A stretch of 64,000 nucleotides of DNA from Guillardia theta CCMP2712 (Eukaryota > Protista > Cryptophyta), in the NCBI RefSeq assembly GCF_000315625.1, contig NW_005434569.1, positions 1-64,000 on the forward strand. The letters run 5' to 3'. A model generated the notes under the pieces. It had not been told where the DNA came from. It saw only the letters and a program-made list of their open reading frames with translations, and ran no database searches. Shown piece after piece: positions 45,425 to 55,500 of this stretch (position 1 is the stretch's first letter; each line of letters starts with the position of its first letter). A program made the translations under genes and the position numbers.

Positions 45425-47595
45425 TCAACTCCGAGGATAAAATTGAATGTCTCGTCGGACTCGATCATGGGTGTATCGCAGAATTTCCTGTACAAGATGC
45501 TGCGGGAAGAAGAAGTCAACCTTAGTACAGAGCAGAGCAGAGTGGAGCAAGGCACAAAGGCAGAGGAGGGAGTGCCATGGAAGAGGAAAGCTTGCGGAAA
45601 CAAGAGCTGTGAGGGAGGGAGATGAAGGAAAAACCTGATCAAGAAGATGAACGTAACTCCTGACCCCCAGACGCTGCAACACGAGAGAGCATGAGACTTT
45701 CACCAGCGCTCCCGGCAGGTTCTCACCTCATGCAAACCCATCGCGAACGCAATCTGCGACGTCGGATCGAACCATTTGATCTTGAACGTGTTTTCAGTAC
45801 CTGCGGTGAAGAGAAATCACATCCCGGTCGACACGCACTGCACTGGCTCGTTACCTTGCGGAGAGCAACAGCTCCCTCGCCATCCTCATCTACATCGTTT
45901 TCTGCATGAACATAAGATGCCTGCCTAACGATAACACATCCTCGTCCCCACCTTCTAAATACAAAGTTTCAAGCGCATAATTCATATTCAATACATCCGC
46001 CAATTCCTTCGCTCCTTTATTACCTGCTCGCCCAGCAAATATCAGTACACACGGCGCGTATTCATCATCTCTGCACTCACCAATGCTGTTGGAACTCAAC
46101 CCGACTTGAACCAAAGTGCAGTTGTCCCTCAGCGCGTCTGCAACAAAGGATGAGCCTTATGCTCACGGCAGGATCATCCACCCACTTGCAAGTTCGGCAG
46201 CGCCTGCGTCGCTTATACCTACACACACTGGGGTCACCCACAAGTCGCCTGACTGTCAGAGGTCCAACCATTCGACGGTACTCCAAGACTTGTCAAGACT
46301 GTGTTAGTTCGCATGGCTCGCGCTAGCTCCAACGCTCCCTGCCCATGACATTCAGAACAAAGGAACTACGAGGACGTCACTGATCGTCTCACAGCGTCCG
46401 TGATGCCGTTGTATCCTAACTCCTACAAGATGCGATAGTCACAGGCAGGTGTTGATAAGAACCAGATCTCTCATCCTTTCATACCAAAGTTTCAAGCCAG
46501 TGATTCTTTGTCAGCCCGCACGCCAACGCCCTCGCTCCATCAGTACAGACACCTAGACCATGTTCGTGAGCAATCAAGAAGCTTCCATCCCCTTCAAACA
46601 CGAAAAGCACTGCTCAACATGAAATTGTACCATTGAAACCGAGATCGAGCTGTTTCAATGTTGTGTTCTGTCCAGCTAGAACCTCAGCTAGATGTGTCGC
46701 TCCCGCATCACCAAATCCATTGAAAGCAAACCCCAGATACTGTAACAGACTCATAAGCAGAACTGTCAAAGACAAACACCGAGCAACAAGTGCCTGGACA
46801 GAGAACAGAGGTCATAATCACCTGCAGTGACGTGTTCTGCCTTAGCGCATCCGCAATGTATCTCGCCCCCTCCGAGCTAATCCCGTTTCTCTGCAGCTCG
46901 AGCTTGACCAACGTGTTGTTCACCTTGATCGCCTCGGCAAGAGCCGTCGCTCCCCTGTCTTCGATCGCGTTCGACGCGAGGTCAAGGGTTTGCAGCGTGG
47001 TGTTGGTGTGGAGCATGCGTGCGATGTGGGTCGCCCCCACGGCACCAAGGATGGTGTCTCGCAGATCCAGCCCATCGACGGTTGAGTTGTGAGCAAGGAG
47101 GTCCCCGAGCTGACCGGCTCCCAGCGGCCCAATCCTCTCAGAGTTAAGGTCCACGGTTCCTTGAAGGCCAAACCTCCGGAGGTTCTCCACCCACCCCATG
47201 AGTGTGAAAGCCGAAGGTCTTAGATGACAATAAGCCTCTCGTCTCCCTGCCCCAACACCTGTGAGCAACTGTACACCTCCACCCGCACGATCGGACCTTG
47301 ACTAAGACCTTGACTGAGGCTTCATTCAGAGTGCCCCACTGTAGCCACGACCAGCCATCTCAAGGAATTCTGCAAAACGTGTCAGTTACATATGACGACA
47401 TGACAGTTGAAACAGTAAGCCTTGAAATGATTTAACTCTTTCTGCCTCAATCTCTATCTGGTAGCGGCTCTCTATATCAGCCTGAGCACGAGAAAACATA
47501 ATAGCAGAAGCTGGCTTTGAATCGCTATGCATTACGCCGCGTAAGTCCTCGAACAATGCTTGCTTGCATGCATTATTCAATATTCTTGCAGCCAT
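45425..47595 (-). CDS. Ribonuclease-inhibitor-type (NLRC3-like) leucine-rich repeat protein, multi-exon
   Basis: 28-aa repeats LHTNTTLQTLDLASNAIEDRGATALAEAIKVNNTLVKLELQRNGISSEGARYIADALRQNTSLQ etc. Probable C-terminal exons AFAMGLHE-RLGVRSYVHLLDQ-HLVQEILRY. The start and one junction are uncertain. Confidence 0.85.
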
Positions 47596-48199
47596 CAAGA
47601 ACTGTTGGGATGATATCAGGAGGTGGTATGGATGGATCGATCCCAGGCACAATTTCCCACAACAGCAATCAAACAAAAGCGAAACAGGGTAACGGGGAAT
47701 GCAGGAAGGGTCATCACACCATGACAAGGGACGAGCTGCAGAGAAATCTTCTTAAGTCAGCTCAGCTCATATGATGATCAGAAGCATTGAGAACAAAATC
47801 AACCCAAACTGCAGTAGTCAAGCAAAGGAAACTGATCATGCCGAATGGGTCAAAAATGTTCACTTGAGGAGTGAGACATAAGAACGCTCAGTGTGATGAT
47901 GATCGAGGAAGGAGAGAGGAGATCAACAAGAAAGGCACAGGGAGGCAAGAGGAGGAGGAGGAGGAGGGAGGGAGGGAGGAGGTGCAGAAAGGATGCTTCC
48001 GGCATGAACGGAAGTAGCGCTGACAGCGTGGAGTATGTGGGAAGCCTGCAGGAAGGGAACGACTTCTTTTTATGGGGTCCTGACTTAGGCCAAGAGCCTT
48101 TTTTTGTTCAGTTTTAGAGCGTGAAATATATTTAACTAAAACCTGTGATTAAGAAGTTCCATTAATGTCTCCACCTTCTTAGCGCTCAAGATTGTGTCG

Positions 48200-48560
48200 T
48201 ACATGGTGGGTAGTCAAGTTCAGTACTGTGAAGGGTAGGGTACCCATTCTTAGCATCGAAAGATACCACCCTCTTGTGTCCTTCTTGACAATTGTCGGGT
48301 AGGGTACATGATATGTGTGGGTAGGGTGATATGAGAACCGGATGCTGTCGTATGGTAGGGTAGGGTACCCAATTCTTGCTACAAACTAGGGTAAAGAGAC
48401 ACTGAGAATAGGGGTGGTGAGATAAACTGTACTACTGCTGTGGTAGGGTGATGAGTTGTAGGGGTGGGTAGTCGTAGATCCACGGAGATGGGGTGGTCCC
48501 TGGTGGTGACAACGGGATGGTCATTGTAACAAGGGGGTGGGGGTGGTGGAGGGTCACAAT
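48200..48560. promoter_or_regulatory. GGGTA/GGGGT-rich tract (candidate promoter-associated motif cluster)
   Basis: Dense degenerate GGGTA(G)/GGGGTG words. Equivalent TACCC tracts occur at ~13660-13990, 18610-18770, 28090-28260, 30540-30890, 36660-36810, 43900-44410 and 49485-49530, all in 5' intergenic DNA. Confidence 0.45.
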
Positions 48561-49572
48561 TCCATTACAAAAAGATTTATTTATGTCGAAGATATAACTG
48601 GATATTAAAGATGAAACGGTGTATCGTTGTTGTTTTGTATCAAAACTTTTTAAAAGTGTTTATACATATATTGGTCTGTGGTACTGTCCTTGGGGTCCTT
48701 TTAAAATATCTCAAATTGTTGACTATATACATCGTACAACCACGTAAAATTATGAGTAATGTTCTTCTACTGTGCTCTTAAAAATAATGTTAAAAGGGGG
48801 GGGGGGACATATAAGGCGTCCCGGCCCGGGTTGCCGCAAGTTGGTCGGCGGACGATTAAGGCCCAGCAGTGACTGATGATCGGCGACAAACAAACAAACG
48901 AACCGTCGGCATGACTCGGAGAAAAAACATTTAAAAAACAAGCGTCCGATCATCAGGCTGAGGGGCACTGATACTAGGGCCTCACTCAGACTCAGTGAAG
49001 CGGCTGCGTCGGCGAGACCGACCCGGCGACGGACGACTCATGATGGTGCTGAGCCTGAGCGGCTCGCCGGCCGGAGTCGGGCCGCGGCGCGGGCGGGCCG
49101 TGCGGCCGGGTACGGGTCGACTCAGTCAGATCTCCGGCCCGGACCGCGGCCGCGCAGCGCGGTAACTTTAACGTCGTCACAGTAGGCTGGCCGCTGAGCC
49201 GCCCGTCCCTGCGACTCGGACGCGCTGCCGCGGGTACCGGCGCGGCCCGGCCCGGTTGGTCCGACGGTCACTCAGGAGTCCGGGCGTGCCATGAGGCTTT
49301 CAAGGCTTTCAACTGGCAAGTTACTCAGACTCCTAACAGGCCGGACTCCCGGAACTTATTTTGAGTATAACCTCCGCGCGGGCCGGACCGTCTGCGGCAC
49401 CGCCATGGTGACGGTGATGGGAGTCACGTGACAGGGGGCGGGTCACAGTCCGAGTCCGAAATTTGTTAACTTCGGGGTGTCATGACTACCCCCAAAACTC
49501 CCGTCGAATGGGGGGGAAAGTACCCCCTATGACGATGATGGCCCCTTTTCCTTGTTTTGCCACAAAGCGAAC

Positions 49573-52500
49573 ATGGCGGTACAGGAGTGCAAGGAATGCC
49601 AGGTAACAAGCATTTCGTTCCATCGTCTTCCTTCCAGCCTTCATCTCACTTCTCTCAACACCCCTAACATCACTCTTCCACCTCTCTCCTCCTCTTGCGT
49701 CCCCTTCGCTCCCCTCCCCCACTGTCTCCTCGCCTCGCCTCGCCTCCCCTCTCCCAGTCTCGTGACGCCTCCTGCTAGACCCCGATCATGGTAGGAAACA
49801 AGTCGAATCCCAACGTCTGTGTAAGTTGCACTGCCCTTGCAAATGAAGCATCGCTGAGCTGACTCGTAGGCGGTAAGTGCGACGCTTCTCCATGGATGAT
49901 GCGCTGAAATCTGAGTCACTCCATCAAACGTTATGTGAAATGGTCTTCTCAGGCGGTATTTCCAACATGATCATCATCCCTTGTTCGACTAACACCCCTC
50001 TGCTTCTTCTCTTCTACCTTGGCTGACTCGACGCCTCTAGGGAGTGAGTTCTCCCTTACGAGTGTTGCAACAATCACTCACTATGTTTCTTCTCCTTCTG
50101 CCGTTCCCGTCACCTTCCTGCCTCTTGCTATCAGCGAGTGAGACTTGTTCTTTTGTTCCCATATCCCATCACATGCTGATGTGTTTTGGTTGCGATCGTC
50201 CCTTTGCCGACGGGCGCTCTACAGTTTGTGAGTTTTTGCGCTTGTTTCCTTGGCTGGCACATTTGACTGTGAAATCTTCTCTTGCCCTCAACATGGCAGG
50301 AGGTGCGCTGAAACAAGACGATGCCATCATCCGATGCTGACTATGAGTTCTTGACCTCGAATGCAACTACCGCCTTGTTCCCAGGCTGTGAGAGTCATTG
50401 GGGGGTTGAAAGCATATGATACTGACTTGTTTTGTTTTTTTTGGATGTTTCCCGGTTTCGCTCAGCATGTGAGTAGATACTTTCTGCCTTGTTGAAGCCC
50501 ATTAGAGCCTGCTCATTTCTCCTTGCTGACTTTGCTTGTTTCATCGTTGCTCTACCTGGGCTGGCGCCTGGTCCTAACACACCTGAAAACAGTGGGTGAG
50601 TCAACTATCAAGTCAATATGTTGAGAACTTCTGACATGTGTGTTTTGTGTTGCCGGTTGAAACGTAACAGACGGTAAGAAAATCAATCTCAATGTCGACT
50701 GTTTCATCTTTGACGCACATTCCTCTTGTTTGAACGCCCTTCTCTTGACTGCGCCACGTAGTGGGTGAGTGCGTGAAATCTCATTTCCTACTTCTTGTAT
50801 GTTTGTTGCAGAGACTGATCGTTTACTCAACCTTGATCGTTTTTGATACGACATGCGATATGATGATGATCAGATGGTAAGTGATGAAGAATAAGAGTTG
50901 TCTCCACTATTCCCATCTCCTCCATTCTTGTCAGACGCTATCTCAACATCACTGAAGGGAATATCTTGCAGGCGGTATGTACCAGTGTACCTTGCTTTCC
51001 TCGCTAAAATTTGCCCCATCGCCATCTGAACATGGTCTACGAATGAATCAGGCGGTGAGCAGAGGGCCAAGGGTAAGGGATACACTGATACTGACACGTG
51101 TTACTTTCCTTGTTATCTCGATGTGCCTTCTCGCATTCAGCTGGTGAGTTTCAATGTCTTCTGTGTATCTGGATTGATCATTTCAATTCTTTGCACTGAT
51201 TGCGACATGTATGATTGCAGTTGGTAATGATGATATACTCATACAAAACAAGTTGTAACAAGAATGTTTTTCTTACATTCGCTTTTCCACCTGCTTTCCC
51301 GGCCTAACAGATCGTAAGTTCGAATCAAATTTTGATCAGATCTCTTGTCATTGTTCTTTGATGGAAGTCAACTTTGCCTGTCTGTTTACATCTGAATGTG
51401 ACAGGTGGTAAGCTCAAGCGTTCTCCTGGATCTGCTGCACGCTGATCAGCCTCGGCATATTCCACTTGTTCAAATCGTCTTGCTCGACCGCAGCTGGTAA
51501 GTATCTTGTGACTGTACTGCCTGACTGATAATGGTTTGCTCTTTGATAAACTGCTGCTGATCTATTGGTTGCAGTGGGTGAGGAGTTTAATGTTGGTTTG
51601 AGACAAGCTTGATGATTCCTCTTACTGCTTCTGCTGCGTTCGGGCACTCTTTTCTTCGGATCAGATTGTGAGTATTTCATGCACATTGTGAAAAACTGGA
51701 TTTTGGCCCTGACATTTGTATTAAAAACCTGTGTTTTTGATTTGTGCGATCAGGTTGTAAGTTTGCTGAAAGTGATCATTGAGGAAACTGACAAGCTGTG
51801 GTTGGTTTGTTCTCAACTTGCTCCGTTAGCTCGTAAGTCTTGTTTCGTCGTGGTGAGGGTCAACTGAACAACCTTTGTCTTGTTTTATTGGATTTGGGAA
51901 TGACATTGACGACTATCAGTGGGTGAGTTTCACTGATTCCCATCGGATAAAACCACTGACATGTCTTCTCTTGTTGTCTCTTGCCCTTTCCTGCTTACCC
52001 TCAATTTCCAACTTCATCTTTTCTGCTCTTCTCTGTTCTTTTACACAGGGGGTAAGTTGAGTCTGGTTCGAATCCAAGGATGTTTGATCAACTGACATGA
52101 TATCTCTCACGTGTATACTCTCATTTCTGCTCCATCAAGACGGTAATACAACCTCCGCTGCCTCTCCTTGACACGAAAGAATGACAAGATGTTTCGTATG
52201 CGAACCTCTTCGATCTCACTTTCATCGTTCGTGAAGCTCGTGAGTGATGAACTAGCCTGTAATATCAACTGAGATCTCATTCGCTTTTCGTTTTGCAGGG
52301 AGTATGTTCCATTCACATCTCAGAGGCTTGTTTTCACTCACTTCATTTCATCTTTCCTCGCCATTTGTTGCAAACTCTTTCCTTGTCGTATAGGTGGTGA
52401 GTATTCACCTAAGAATTCGATTCAACATGTCATTGAGAAGAAACTTTCTTGTTGCAGGTGGTAAGAAAGCTTTCGATCTTGAAGATGATGATTTCATGAT

Positions 52501-55500
52501 TACTTCTCAACTTTTATAATCACTGCCTCTCACACTCACTGCTGTCTATAGCTCGGGGTAAGTTGTCACATTGCAATGCCAGCAGCACAACTGACACTCC
52601 TCTGAATCGATTTCTCCTATTCTCATGCAATCGCCACAGAGAGTAAGTCTATGTGTATTGTTACAACATGAATTGACTCTCCTTCACAGACCTCAAATGT
52701 ATCTGCATCTTCAGTTGTACGATGTGATCTGACTTGCTTCGCTTCTTGGACCTGCCCTGGTTGATAGAATGCGTTTGTGAGTTGTGGAACCAAATCATCT
52801 GGCATGCGTTTACTTATCATTTCTTTCCGTTTGCTTCTTCGTTGGATTTCTGATTGCCAACAGTTTGTAAGTTGATGATATCACATCTCCGGCGTTGTTG
52901 TTAGCTCTGACTGATCGTTGTTTTGTATTTTGTTTCCACAGGCGGTGAGTTGAGTGTACTGGAAAAGTACATCTTTTCCCCTGCTGATGATGTTGAAAAA
53001 TCTCGGACTGTGTTCGGCCAATCAGATTGTAAGTATGGAGAGGAAATGTTAAGAATCTGACAATTTCTTCTCTATTCGATCTTGTTCTTCTTGTCCTCAG
53101 GCGGTAAGACAACGCCATGTTCATAAGACTTCTTCTTACAATTTCTCTTCCCTTCTTCGTCTTCCTTGGTGTCAATCAGGCGGTGAGTGCAAATTTCAAG
53201 TCTGACTTTCTTGTTTGTGATGCTCTGTTTTCAATCAGGTTGTAAGTTCGAGTTTGTGTTTCATTTTGTTCTTCTCACTTTTCATGGTCTCTGCTCCTGC
53301 TCTGCTACACCCTTCATGTCACAGGCGGTGATATCAGTCTTCAACCTCCTGCCCTTCTGACTGAACTCGTTTCTTGCTTCTCGCCTGCCCAACCCTTCGA
53401 ACATGACAGCTGGTAAGTCTGAACTTTGAATCTTTTCACATTGGTGTCGCGATAACTGATGAATTGTTGTCTTTATTGTATTCAACCTCCTTCAGTCGGT
53501 AAGATGCATCGAATGCAACACAGCACGACTGATTCTCTGTCCTCTGAATCTCGACCATATCTTTACTTCAATCAGCCGGTGAATGGAACATCTCATACGG
53601 AGTTTGTTGCTGACGCAATCCCCTTCTTGCCGATCGTTTGAAATGCGACGGACTTTTTCCCTGAGAAGGCGGTACGAGAATCAGTTCAAAGATGCTGCGC
53701 ATGCTGATATGATTGTTCCTCACAACTTGATGGACCGACGGCGAGCAGTTGGTCAGTACGAACATGTCGATCGTTTGAGAGTCGACTGAGACGTTTCTTA
53801 ATCCTCCTCTTCTCCCTTGATCGCAGCTGGTGAGTACCCAGCAAGACGATCAGATGCTGTTCGTTCACTGACTTGTTTGTAACACAGTTCGTGAGTTTGC
53901 TCAAAGTTCACTTGTTCTCGAACTGATGGTGTTCCGACGATGCAAACAATTCTCTGCCTTGTCAGGGCGTGAGTGAACGACTTCTTGGCGATCACAACCT
54001 TGACTTCATATTTGATTTCTTTCATGTACTTCGTCTCTTGTTGTGGTTGTGCAGGTGGTAAGTCGGTAGCGATTGGAAAATTCTCTCTCATAACGATTGT
54101 GCATGTGCGATGATGGTGCTGTTTGAAATATCAGCCGGTGAAGATTTTTCTTGTCTTTGCCTGAAAGCAAGAAGCGGAACTGAAGCTGATTTTTCTCCAA
54201 CCGTGCGATCAAAACATGGACAGGGTGTAAGTCTAAATGCTTTCACTGATTGTGGTGTGTCTGACAATGGTGCATTTGCAGAAATCGGTGAGAAAGAGAT
54301 GTGATTTTTCATGCAATTTACTCAATGACTGCGACAACAAATCTGAATGTTTGCATACAGAGATCAAGCGTAAGTTCTTGCACAATATTCTCTTGAATAC
54401 CTGACGCTTTCTTGTAATACTTTCTCGGACTGCTTCTCGTCTGCCCTACAGTGGGTGAGATTTTTGATTGAGATTGTTGCAATTTGAACATAGAAATGTG
54501 ATACTGAATTTTTTCTTCCATCTGCTTGATTGCCACTACCCGCGGACAGAACGGAAGGGTTGATGATTTGAGCGATGCTTTCCTGTGACTGAATGTTTGT
54601 TTTGGGATGTTGCTTATATACAGCATCACGGGGTGACTGATTCAAATCCATCGCTTGTACTTCACTGACCTTGTTTCCGATCTTTCTTTGATCAACTTGC
54701 AGCATACGACGGTGAGTTTGTGCAGACTTCTTGTTTTCAGCACGATGTTGAATGACATGCTGTCATGTTGTTTCTTGTTGCTCTCAACATCTGTCGACAA
54801 CTCAGAGCGTTGTAAGTTTCATGATTGCCCATCTTTTGATCTCTTAATTTCCTTGCAGTGGGTGAGAATCTGCAACAAGTCATCGTATTGAATGACTTGT
54901 TTCTTCTCTTCTTTCTCTCCGGCACATTCATCGAGACAGATTGTGAGCTGTTTGAATCAACCATATGCAAGTCCATCTGAATATTTGCCATGTTTGCTAT
55001 TTGCGAATTTTTCTCCTTCTCTCTAGTCGGTGAGCATCAGTGATACTCTTCACATGTGTTCTGACGAGTTTGATGTTCAACGACGAATTCGTTGTGAGGA
55101 AAGTGTGTGAGTTCTCAACACTTTCTAGATTCTTACTGACATGTCTTGCATGTGATTTCACGACAATTTTGATGCTCAGCCGGTAAACCAACATTGTTGT
55201 CGTTGAACTGATCAAACTCATTATCAACTGCCTTCCTTAAACTCTACCCGACATCGGATGGACGGGACGTACAGTGGGTGAGTTGTTGTTGCCTTGGCTT
55301 TGAGTAAGTGCATAACGTTCTTCATGTGACTGCAAATCTTCTTCAATGAATGCAAAACATCAGACGGTAAGGAAGCAACATGCATGTTCAATCAGATTGT
55401 TGCCTTGATATCTCAATTCAAGTTTCTGTAGTCGAACTGAAGTGACTTTGTTTCTCAGCCGGTGAATGCTTTGTATTAGTGAAAGCAAGCCCTGACCAGA

